Notes under the pieces: model-generated
Databases searched by the model: none
The model's input: the letters and a program-made list of their open reading frames with translations, nothing else
What the model was told of the DNA's origin: nothing
Shown: positions 8,759 to 17,473 of the stretch, piece by piece
Layout of the letters: the number at the start of each line of letters is the position of its first letter
Position numbering within the stretch: the stretch's first letter is position 1
Position numbers and translations under genes: made by a program
NCBI GenBank assembly: GCA_965205975.1
Contig: OZ242195.1
Location: 1,776,643 to 1,840,642 of the forward strand
DNA: 64,000 bases
Direction: 5' to 3'
Source: Candidatus Latescibacterota bacterium
Lineage (GTDB): Bacteria; Latescibacterota; UBA2968

Positions 8759-11059
8759 TCAGGCCGAGCCGTTCCCACCGTTTTTATCCCACCAGGCTTC
8801 CAACACGCGCGGAGGCGACATGGGCAACTCTGTCAGACGCAGGCCAATAGCATCGTAAATCGCATTGGCAACCGCTGCTGTAGGTGGCACAATCGGCACC
8901 TCTCCCACCCCGCGCACACCATAAGGATGCCCCGGATTGGGAACCTCGACAATATGCGCATCAATCATCGGCAAATCCAGACACGTTGGCATCCGATAAT
9001 CCAGCAAGCTGCTATTCCGCAAAATGCCATCTTCATCGTACACATACTCTTCGTTGAGCGCCCAACCAATCGCCTGTGCCACGCCGCCCTGCATCTGCCC
9101 CTCCACATAAGGAGGATAAATCGCTTTCCCCGCATCCTGGAAAATCGACGCACGCAAAATATCGACCTTGCCCGTATCGGGATCGACCTCCACATCCACA
9201 ATCGCCACCGCATAAGCCCCCCCAACACCTGTGGGTTTTGCCGTGGCGCGCCCCATCACTGGCCCGCCCGTTGAATCGAGCTTGGCCGCCAAATCCTTAA
9301 ACGTAATCGACTTCGACGGATCGGACTTCGATTGGAACACCCCTTGATCGAACTCGACATCATCCTCAGAAATCTCCCAAAGGATCGCCGCACGCGCCAT
9401 CATCTGCTCTTTGATATCCTGCGCGCATTTATAAGCCGCCCAACCCGTCGCAAATGTCGTGCGCGAACCACCCGTCACACCCGTATAACCAATCGAATCC
9501 GTATCGCCTACCTGCGGACGAATCTCCTGTTCTGAGATACCCAGCACCTCTGCCATCTGCATCGCAACCGACGTACGCGTGCCCCCAATATCTGTCGAAC
9601 CTTCCACCAGATTAATCGTACCATCGTCATTCACACTCGCAGCTGCACTCGAAACACCGCCTCCATTGCCCCAGAAACCAGACGCCACGCCGCGACCGCG
9701 ATATTTCCCATTGAGTGCCATCTGATAGTGGTCAGAAGAAGCCGCAGCGCGAACGCATTCCTCGTGCCCAATGCGCTTATTCACGGGACCATCTGCGCGG
9801 CGCGTGCCTTCTTTTGCAGAATTGCTCAACCGAAATTCCAGCGGATCGACCCCCAATTTCTCTGCAAGCTCATCCACCACAGTTTCAACGGCAAAAGCCG
9901 CATTTGTCGTGCCCGGCGCACGATAAGCCGAAGAGGAAGGCTTGTTGTTCACAACATCATAACCATCCACCAGAACATGCGGAATAACATAAGGGGCCAG
10001 CATATTGCGCGCGCCCGCGCCCACGGGACTGCCGGAAAAAGCCCCCGCCTCATAAACCAATTCACTCTCTGCTGCCACGAGCTTGCCATCATTGGTCGCG
10101 CCCATCTTCACCCGAATCCACGAACCCGACGTTGGACCAGTCGCCTGCAAGACCTCAGTGCGGCTCATAATCATTTTCACCGGATGCCCGGTCTTCCTCG
10201 ACAACAGCGCGGCAATCGGTTCCAGATACGCTTTGATCTTGCCGCCAAATCCCCCGCCAATCTCCAGGGGCACAACCTTAATTTGCGACACGGGAATGCC
10301 CAAAATTCTCGCGGTCTGATCCCGCACGCCAAACGCGCCCTGATTGCTGCACCAGATCGTCACCACGCCATCGGCATTCCACAACACCGTGGCATTTTGC
10401 GGTTCGATATAGCCCTGATGCACCATATCCGTGAGAAACTCGCGCTCGACAATCACATCGGCTTCGGCAAATCCCTGTTCGATATCGCCCAATTCCGTGC
10501 GAAAATGCGACGCCACATTGCTGAAATTCTCGCTCTGCTCGCCCATCGAACGGGTTCTCTGATCTTCATGCACCAGAGGGGCACCATCCTCCATCGCCTC
10601 CCGCACATCCAGAACATGGGGCAGCACCTCGTACTCTACCTCAATCAAATCCAGCGCTTCTTCGGCAATATGGACATTAGTCGCCGCCACCGCCGCCACG
10701 GGATACCCCTGATAGAGCACCTTTTCGCGTGCCAGTACTGCCGCACACATATCCTTAACCCGCACCACCTCTTCGCCCAAATCGGCCAACTGCTCCTCGG
10801 CATTGAGCGCCAAATCCTGCCCCGTGACAATTGCGCGCACGCCTTCAAGTGCTTCGGCCTTACTCGTATCAATCGACTTAATCCGAGCATGCGCATGCGG
10901 GCTTCGCAAAACTCTGGCATGCAACATATCGGGCAAATTGAGATCCGTACCGTAAATCGCCCTGCCCGTCACCTTATCCGCGCCATCGTGCCTCACGGGC
11001 CGCGTCCCCACGACCTTGTAATCTGTAATGCCTAAATAATCTTCCTGTGGAATCGCCAT
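8759..11059 (-). CDS. xanthine dehydrogenase/aldehyde oxidase family molybdopterin-binding (large) subunit
   Basis: 766 aa. N-terminal a/b-hammerhead region (VGTRPVRHDGADKVTGRAIYGTDL...LHARVLRSPHAHARI) and MoCo-binding blocks (GGGFGGK, YRAPG, a conserved Glu region near the C-terminus). AGGAGG RBS. Confidence 0.85.
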   Translation of the reverse strand: MAIPQEDYLGITDYKVVGTRPVRHDGADKVTGRAIYGTDLNLPDMLHARVLRSPHAHARIKSIDTSKAEALEGVRAIVTGQDLALNAEEQLADLGEEVVRVKDMCAAVLAREKVLYQGYPVAAVAATNVHIAEEALDLIEVEYEVLPHVLDVREAMEDGAPLVHEDQRTRSMGEQSENFSNVASHFRTELGDIEQGFAEADVIVEREFLTDMVHQGYIEPQNATVLWNADGVVTIWCSNQGAFGVRDQTARILGIPVSQIKVVPLEIGGGFGGKIKAYLEPIAALLSRKTGHPVKMIMSRTEVLQATGPTSGSWIRVKMGATNDGKLVAAESELVYEAGAFSGSPVGAGARNMLAPYVIPHVLVDGYDVVNNKPSSSAYRAPGTTNAAFAVETVVDELAEKLGVDPLEFRLSNSAKEGTRRADGPVNKRIGHEECVRAAASSDHYQMALNGKYRGRGVASGFWGNGGGVSSAAASVNDDGTINLVEGSTDIGGTRTSVAMQMAEVLGISEQEIRPQVGDTDSIGYTGVTGGSRTTFATGWAAYKCAQDIKEQMMARAAILWEISEDDVEFDQGVFQSKSDPSKSITFKDLAAKLDSTGGPVMGRATAKPTGVGGAYAVAIVDVEVDPDTGKVDILRASIFQDAGKAIYPPYVEGQMQGGVAQAIGWALNEEYVYDEDGILRNSSLLDYRMPTCLDLPMIDAHIVEVPNPGHPYGVRGVGEVPIVPPTAAVANAIYDAIGLRLTELPMSPPRVLEAWWDKNGGNGSA

Positions 11060-11141
11060 TTATTCCTCCTGTAATAATAAAATTGCGGTCCTGATCAACT
11101 ATAAAAAATAATGCAGACCGCGCACCCTGTCCAGTCTTTAA

Positions 11142-12041
11142 TCATCCATCGCTGATCTTGATACCTGACAGAGTCTCAATAGTCTTTGTCACGGCTGAAA
11201 AATCGAGCGCGCCAGCACCCAGGCTACTGGCGGCCGCATACATTTGATAAGCCACAGCTCCCAGGGGCACGGGCACATTCATCGCGCGGCCCATCTCCAC
11301 GCCGATACCGATATCCTTCTTCATCAAATCGAGCATAAACCCCGGCGCGTACTCATCCTTGAATACAAAATCTGCAACGCGCGCCTGAAAAGCCGACGAA
11401 TCGCCCGAACTCACGCTAATCACCTGCCGCATCACCTCGGGATCAGCACCCGCTTTAACACCGAGGGTAAGCCCCTCTGCAATCGCAGCCATGGTAATAC
11501 CGCCGAGCAACTGATTCACAATTTTAACCGTTTGCCCCACCCCAACATCCCCCACATGAAAAATATTCTCGCTATTGCCCATCGCGTCAAAAATCCCCTG
11601 ACAGCGATCAAAATCGGCTTTTGCCCCGCCCGCAATAATAGTCAGCGTACCGTTAATCGCCCCAATATCGCCACCACTCACCGGCGCATCCATCACGCGA
11701 ACCCCTTTTTGCGATGCCTGTTCTGCCACACCCTGAATCGTCAGCGGCGAAATCGTACTCATATCCACAATGAGATCGCCTTCCGACGCCCCGGCCAAAA
11801 CCCCCTGATCGCCCAAAATAACCTCGCGCACCTCGGGATCAGCCGTCACAATCGTAATAATAATATCCGCTATTTCGCCCACCGCCTGCGATGAAGGCGC
11901 AAAAGTCGCCCCCGCGCCCTCCATCTCCGCCACAATCTCGTCTCGCCGCGCGTAAAATGTCACATCAAAACCGGCTTTCAACAGATTGTGGCACATAGGT
12001 TTGCCCATAATCCCCAGACCGACAAATCCAATCTTATCCAT
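11142..12041 (-). CDS. NAD(P)-dependent 3-hydroxyisobutyrate/2-hydroxy-3-oxopropionate dehydrogenase family oxidoreductase
   Basis: Rossmann motif IGFVGLGIMGKPM plus the HIBADH-type body (DAPVSGG, the catalytic Lys region). ATG 12041 has AGGAG upstream. Confidence 0.85.
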   Translation of the reverse strand: MDKIGFVGLGIMGKPMCHNLLKAGFDVTFYARRDEIVAEMEGAGATFAPSSQAVGEIADIIITIVTADPEVREVILGDQGVLAGASEGDLIVDMSTISPLTIQGVAEQASQKGVRVMDAPVSGGDIGAINGTLTIIAGGAKADFDRCQGIFDAMGNSENIFHVGDVGVGQTVKIVNQLLGGITMAAIAEGLTLGVKAGADPEVMRQVISVSSGDSSAFQARVADFVFKDEYAPGFMLDLMKKDIGIGVEMGRAMNVPVPLGAVAYQMYAAASSLGAGALDFSAVTKTIETLSGIKISDG

Positions 12042-12078
12042 CTCATCGCTCCTTCTCTGGTAAAACATCTATTTGTCT

Positions 12079-12105
12079 TTGACAACTGAAATGCTTCGAT
12101 ATAAT
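12079..12105 (+). promoter_or_regulatory. candidate sigma70-type promoter for the FGGY kinase gene
   Basis: TTGACA (12079-84) and TATAAT (12100-05). The spacer is only 15 nt, which is suboptimal. Located in the divergent intergenic region. Confidence 0.3.
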
Positions 12106-12146
12106 ATAACCCTAACCCGCCCTATCATCAGAAAAAAGAGCCAACC

Positions 12147-13715
12147 ATGAACACAAAAACATCCTCCGACCCTTTACTCATCGGCATCGACGTTGGAACC
12201 ACCAATATCAAAGCCCTGATCTTTGATCATCGAGGTCGCGAAATCGCACGCGCACAGGCCAAAACGCCCACACACCATCCACAGCCAGAATGGGCGTATT
12301 ACAAACCCGATGAACTCTGGGAAACCGTATGCGGCGTCCTGAAAAATACTGTTGCACAAATCGACAATCCCGCCAACATCACTGGCATAGCCACCGCGAG
12401 CATCGGCGAAACAGGCGTCCCAATCGACAGGAGCGGAAATCCAACCGGTCAGGCAATTGCGTGGTTTGACCAGCGCACCCGCCCGCAATGCGAACAACTG
12501 CAAAAAACCTTTGATCGAGACAAACTCTTCTCGCTTACAGGGCTTCCACTACAACCCATTTCCAGCCTGTGCAAAATCCTCTGGATACGCGAACATCAGC
12601 CCGAAGCCTTTGCGCGAACCGCCACCTGGCTCAACACTGCCGATTATATTGCTTTCCGACTATCGGGCATACCCGCCACCGACTATTCCCTCGCCTCTCG
12701 CACCCTTGCTTTTGACCTCCACAGGCGTCAATGGGCAAATGATCTCCTCAGTGAAGTCCGTATTTCTCCAAATCTCTTCGCGCCACTTTGCAATGCAGGA
12801 ACAAACCTGGGTCCCATCCTTCCCGACATCGCACGCGAAATCGGCTTGCCCCGACACACGCGGATATGCGCTGGAGGACACGATCATATTTGCGGCGCAC
12901 TTGCTGTTGGCGTTACAGAACCGGGAACAATGCTCAATTCTCTGGGCACCGCAGAAGCCATGTGCCTGCCCATTTCCCAGCCGCTTACAGACCCGCAAAT
13001 AGGCCGCCAAAACTTCACCATAGGCGCGCACGTCGCACCCCACCAATATTACTTCCTCGGCGGATTATTCACAAGTGGTGCGAGCATCGAGTGGTTCCGC
13101 AGTTTATTTGGCGAAGGCGCAGACTATAACACCTTAATTTCCGAAGCGAGCGAATCGCCCCCCGGCAGCCTGGGTGTCGGCTTTCTTCCACAACTGCGCT
13201 TTACCAACCCGCCCCATGCAGAAGCCATAGCGCGCGGAACATTTATTGGCCTGACACCCGACGCCAACCGCGGCACGCTCTTTCGCGCAATCCTCGAAGG
13301 TCTATCTATGGAAATGCGCCATATTATCGACACGTCCAAATCTCATCCCGGTGTGCCCAAAACAAAAAATATCGTCGCAATCGGCGGTGGCATACGCAAC
13401 CAACTCCTCATGCAAATCAAAGCCACCGTTTTGAACCAGCCCATCGCCCTGGCCGAAATGGATGAAGCAACAGCTCTGGGTGCGGCAGTGCTCGCGGGAT
13501 TGGACACAGGTGTTTACGCGGACGTCGCCGATGCCTTGCACACGCTCGACATCCCCAAGCAGACCATTTACCCCATACCCGATCAGGTCGCGCTCTACAA
13601 CACAATTTACAACCGCGTACACAAACAAATTTATCCAGCAGTGCAAGACCTCCACCAACAGATTGACCAGATCCAGATGGAAAACGAATCAACGAATAGA
13701 CGAATCAACGAATAG
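12147..13715 (+). CDS. FGGY family carbohydrate kinase (xylulokinase-like)
   Basis: N-terminal LIGIDVGTTNIKALIFD and C-terminal GGGIRNQLLMQIKATVL blocks. The last ~10 codons are encoded by an octamer repeat array. Confidence 0.85.
   Translation: MNTKTSSDPLLIGIDVGTTNIKALIFDHRGREIARAQAKTPTHHPQPEWAYYKPDELWETVCGVLKNTVAQIDNPANITGIATASIGETGVPIDRSGNPTGQAIAWFDQRTRPQCEQLQKTFDRDKLFSLTGLPLQPISSLCKILWIREHQPEAFARTATWLNTADYIAFRLSGIPATDYSLASRTLAFDLHRRQWANDLLSEVRISPNLFAPLCNAGTNLGPILPDIAREIGLPRHTRICAGGHDHICGALAVGVTEPGTMLNSLGTAEAMCLPISQPLTDPQIGRQNFTIGAHVAPHQYYFLGGLFTSGASIEWFRSLFGEGADYNTLISEASESPPGSLGVGFLPQLRFTNPPHAEAIARGTFIGLTPDANRGTLFRAILEGLSMEMRHIIDTSKSHPGVPKTKNIVAIGGGIRNQLLMQIKATVLNQPIALAEMDEATALGAAVLAGLDTGVYADVADALHTLDIPKQTIYPIPDQVALYNTIYNRVHKQIYPAVQDLHQQIDQIQMENESTNRRINE
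13684..13715 (+). repeat. octamer tandem array (ACGAATCA/ACGAATAG) x4
   Basis: Read directly: acgaatca acgaatag acgaatca acgaatag. Same unit family as 17337-17473. Confidence 0.85.
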
Positions 13716-13812
13716 ACGGAGCGGGGTACAACTGCGCCAGCAGTTTATCAACGGAGTGGTGTACCTGTCTGCCTCCATCACAGGCAGGCAACTGCACCGC
13801 CTCACCAGCCTT

Positions 13813-15618
13813 TCATCCGTGTTTATCTGTGTTCATCTGTGGTTGCTTTTTTTCCATATTCCGAAATTGCAAATCGCACAACTCGCGATAAAGCCCACCC
13901 CGGGCAAACAACGCCCCATGCGTTCCACTCTGCACGATCTCTCCCTGATCCAGCACCAGAATGCAATCTGCATGTTGTACTGTTGACAACCGATGTGCAA
14001 TAATAAACGTCGTGCGTCCCGCCATCAACCGTTCCAAAGCCTGTTGCACCTGTGCCTCTGAAGCCGAATCCAGCGATGAAGTGGCTTCATCCAACAACAA
14101 AATGCGCGCATCTCTCAGCAAAGCACGCGCAATCGCAACCCTCTGCCGCTGTCCCCCACTCAATTTCACGCCCTTTTCCCCAACCAACGCACCGTACCCC
14201 TCCGGCAAATCCACAATAAAATCGTGGGCATTCGCATCTCGGGCTGCCTGCTCGACCTCATCGTCCGTCGCATCCAATCGCCCATATCGGATATTTTCGC
14301 CAATGGAAGTACCGAACAAATCCACATCCTGTGATACCAGCGCAATCTGTTCGCGCAGCGATACAATCTGCACATCGCGCACATCCACGCCATCCACGCG
14401 CACAATCCCAGAAGTCGCATCGTAAAATCTCGGAATCAGATTCATCAGCGTCGTCTTTCCCGCGCCACTCACCCCCACAAGTGCTATCGTCTGCCCTGGC
14501 AAGGTCTCAAATGAAATCCCTTTGAGCACCGGGCGGTCGGGCTGGTATCCAAACCAAACATCTTCAAACGCCACAGCACCGCGAACATCTGCAAGCGGAA
14601 ACGCACTATCACTATCGGCAATCTCCGGTCGCGTATCGAGCAACTCAAAAATGTGTTCTGACGCACCCACCGCAGAATTTAAAGACGCATAAAGACGCGA
14701 AATCCCCATCACAGACCGGGAAATATTCATCGCGTAAAAGATAAACGCCACCAGATCGCCCGCCGACAAGCGCCCGGCCAGCACCTCTGTGCCCCCATAC
14801 CAGAAAATCACCACCAGCGCCAGCATAAAAAGAAACGCGATACAAGCCGAAAAAACCGCTTCCATAATTACGCGATAGCGCGATGTGCGAAACAAATCTT
14901 CGTTTGCTTCGCCATATCGCTTCACCTCAAAAACTTCGCGTGCAAACGCCTTGACAACCCGCACAGCCGACAGGGCTTCTTCGGCAATCGCCGTCGTATC
15001 GCCCAGCCGATCCTGAACCGTGCGAGACAACTCGCGGATGCGCTGTCCAAAATAGCGCGCCCCAACAGCGGCAACCGGCGCAGCAGCAAACACCACCAGA
15101 CTCAATCGCCAATTGAGAGCAACCATAGCCGCCACAGAGCCGACAGTCATAATCCCCGTCATCAAAACCTGCGAAATAGCCCCCGTCGCGGCATTTCTGA
15201 TGGCCCCCACATCATTGGTTAGACGCGACATGAGTTCGCCCAACCTGTGATCGGCATAAAAGCGAAGTCCCAAAAGGTGCAAATGCGCGTAAACCTTCTT
15301 TCGCAGATCCGTCACCACGCGCTCACCCACCCAGGAAATCCAGTAATGGCTGCCCACATGCAAAAGCGACTGAAGCACAAAAAGCACCAGCATGCCAAGC
15401 GCCAGCAAATCCAACTGGTGTCTATCCCCCTGCTCGAACACAGAATCCAAAAGCGACCGCAAGCCCAGCGGAATCATCAGCCACACACCTGAGGAAAACG
15501 CGGTAAATACCAGCCCCAGGACGAGCCGCAACAAGTATGGCCGGGCAAAAGCAAAAATGCGCTTCCACGCCAGCCACAATGCCACGGGGGAATATGTCTG
15601 GCTATTTTTTTCAGTCAT
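13813..15618 (-). CDS. ABC transporter ATP-binding/permease fusion (MsbA-like exporter)
   Basis: Six-TM exporter domain followed by Walker A GVSGAGKTT, signature LSGGQRQR and Walker B LLLDEATS. The start overlaps the hyuB stop by 8 nt (ATGACTGA). Confidence 0.85.
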   Translation of the reverse strand: MTEKNSQTYSPVALWLAWKRIFAFARPYLLRLVLGLVFTAFSSGVWLMIPLGLRSLLDSVFEQGDRHQLDLLALGMLVLFVLQSLLHVGSHYWISWVGERVVTDLRKKVYAHLHLLGLRFYADHRLGELMSRLTNDVGAIRNAATGAISQVLMTGIMTVGSVAAMVALNWRLSLVVFAAAPVAAVGARYFGQRIRELSRTVQDRLGDTTAIAEEALSAVRVVKAFAREVFEVKRYGEANEDLFRTSRYRVIMEAVFSACIAFLFMLALVVIFWYGGTEVLAGRLSAGDLVAFIFYAMNISRSVMGISRLYASLNSAVGASEHIFELLDTRPEIADSDSAFPLADVRGAVAFEDVWFGYQPDRPVLKGISFETLPGQTIALVGVSGAGKTTLMNLIPRFYDATSGIVRVDGVDVRDVQIVSLREQIALVSQDVDLFGTSIGENIRYGRLDATDDEVEQAARDANAHDFIVDLPEGYGALVGEKGVKLSGGQRQRVAIARALLRDARILLLDEATSSLDSASEAQVQQALERLMAGRTTFIIAHRLSTVQHADCILVLDQGEIVQSGTHGALFARGGLYRELCDLQFRNMEKKQPQMNTDKHG

Positions 15619-17314
15619 TTATTTTCTGCCTCAAAACAGCGGTCTCCTCAACATTCACCTCGAGATCAGCCGTAATCGCCACGCCGTAAGCATCTCGCGC
15701 AGCTTCAATCGACAACCGCTCCTGTTTAACATCCTCCAGCACCCTTTGGGGATCGCGTTCAAAAGGTGCCCCATAGCCTCCACCACCCGGAATACGCAAT
15801 GTCACCGACTGACCGGGTTGGAGATCATAGCGCCCCTTTGGCGGCAAAACAGTGCCATCCGACAAAAAAAGTTCGCCGCACCTGCCATCGCGCCCCCCCA
15901 AAAAACCGCGCGGTGCATAGCGCGTGCGATCGTACATACACGAATGCAGCGCGGGATGTTCGGAATCAACAGACAACACCATCTCCTGCCCCAGACCACC
16001 CCTAAAAGTACCCGCACCACCAGAATCGGGAATCAACCCGCGCCTGTGCATAATTACCGGCGACACGGACTCAATCGCTTCGGCAGGCACGCCCTTAATC
16101 CCACTGGGAAAAGCCGTCGCCGAAATCCCATCATCGCCGGGACGCGCACCCATACCACCCGCGGAAAAAAAGATATACGCAAAGCGTTCACCCGTGCGCC
16201 CTATCCCCTCCAACTGCGTATTCCAAAGCCCAGCCGACCCATCGGCAATCACGCGATCGGGAATCGCCTGAGAAAGTGCCCCAAACAGCGGTTGTGAAAG
16301 AAAATGCCCAACGAGGTGCCGCGCGCCCACAGCACATGGAAATTGCGCGTTTAAGATACATCCCTCAGGTGCCGTAACTGTTATGGGACGAAAACTGCCT
16401 TCATTATTGGGAATATGCGGACTAATGGCGCATTTCAAAGGATAAGTCGTATAAGCATGCGTATAATTGTACACCACATTGATCCCGCGATCCACCTGTG
16501 GCGATGTGCCCGTATAATCAACTACCAAACTGCGATCTTTAATAATAACTTTTGCGCGAATAACCAGCGGTCTATCGTACCCATCGAGTTTCACCTCATC
16601 CTCATAAACGCCATTTGCAATCTCCGAAATCGCCTCTCGGGTTGCCGATTCTGACCGATCCAAAATCAGTGTCGATAACCCTTCGAGATCTGCGAGATCG
16701 TAATTTTCCAGTGCCTGAAGCAACTTGACAGCCCCCACATCATTCCCTGCCTGCTGCGCGTACAAATCGCCGACGACCTGATCTGGCTCGCGCACATTTG
16801 CCCGCACAATGGCGATCAAATCGCGATTGATCTCCCCTTCATCAAACAATTTCATAATAGGGATATTCAGGCCCTCTTCATACACCTGACGCGCACCGGC
16901 TCCCAGCGTACGACCGCCAATATCCATTGCATGGCAGGTATTGGCAAACCACCCCACGCCCCTGTCCCGGTAAAAAACAGGCGTAACAACCGTAATATCG
17001 TGCAAATGCCCCGACCCCAGCCACGGATCATTGGTGAGCAAACTATCGCCGGACTTCAGCGTATCAATCGGATATGCTTTCACAAAATGCCGCACGCAAT
17101 TCGCCATTGTATTGATATGCCCCGGCGTCCCCGTCACTGCTTGCGCCAGCATATTACCCGCGCGGTCAAACACCCCCGCAGACAAATCGCCAGCCTCGCG
17201 CACTACCGTTGTAAAAGAAGCATGCATCAGTGCTGCAGCCTGTTCATTCACAATAGAAATGAGGCGATTCCAAAGCACTTCCAGCTCAACTGCATCGATC
17301 TCGCGCCCCGTCAT
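15611..17314 (-). CDS. hyuB: hydantoinase B/oxoprolinase family protein
   Basis: 567 aa with a typical HyuB body (VVREAGDLSAGVFD, GGGYGAP near the C-terminus). GGAGG RBS. Confidence 0.85.
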   Translation of the reverse strand: MTGREIDAVELEVLWNRLISIVNEQAAALMHASFTTVVREAGDLSAGVFDRAGNMLAQAVTGTPGHINTMANCVRHFVKAYPIDTLKSGDSLLTNDPWLGSGHLHDITVVTPVFYRDRGVGWFANTCHAMDIGGRTLGAGARQVYEEGLNIPIMKLFDEGEINRDLIAIVRANVREPDQVVGDLYAQQAGNDVGAVKLLQALENYDLADLEGLSTLILDRSESATREAISEIANGVYEDEVKLDGYDRPLVIRAKVIIKDRSLVVDYTGTSPQVDRGINVVYNYTHAYTTYPLKCAISPHIPNNEGSFRPITVTAPEGCILNAQFPCAVGARHLVGHFLSQPLFGALSQAIPDRVIADGSAGLWNTQLEGIGRTGERFAYIFFSAGGMGARPGDDGISATAFPSGIKGVPAEAIESVSPVIMHRRGLIPDSGGAGTFRGGLGQEMVLSVDSEHPALHSCMYDRTRYAPRGFLGGRDGRCGELFLSDGTVLPPKGRYDLQPGQSVTLRIPGGGGYGAPFERDPQRVLEDVKQERLSIEAARDAYGVAITADLEVNVEETAVLRQKIND

Positions 17315-17336
17315 ACATCCTCCATATAAAAAATCA

Positions 17337-17473
17337 TCAACGAATCAACGAATCAACGAATCAACGAATCAACGAATCAACGAATCAACGAATCAACGAA
17401 TCAACGAACCCCACCCATCCTCCCAAAACCGATATGTATTTCCATTCGTCCATTCGTCTATTCGTCTATTCGC
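17337..17473. repeat. (TCAACGAA)x9 perfect tandem array plus 4 inverted units (CCATTCGT/CTATTCGT) in the hyuA-hyuB spacer
   Basis: 17337-17408 holds nine perfect 8-nt units. 17442-17473 holds four units of the reverse-complement type. The two blocks can pair as a long interrupted hairpin. Confidence 0.9.

Noticed and set aside
9728-11035. 435-aa plus-strand ORF
   Set aside because: It is antisense to the well-supported molybdenum hydroxylase gene. Its R/H/P/N-rich, low-complexity translation is typical of shadow ORFs. The same reasoning rejects 15392-16297, 21844-22677, 22750-23457, 24389-25303, 26036-26968, 35866-36999 and similar plus-strand ORFs.
17337-17408. Possibility that the (TCAACGAA)x9 tract is a CRISPR-like or coding repeat
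   Set aside because: An 8-nt unit without spacers is far too short for CRISPR. The track ORF reading INESTNQRINE... (17031-17495, plus strand) is antisense to hyuB and is an artefact of the repeat.
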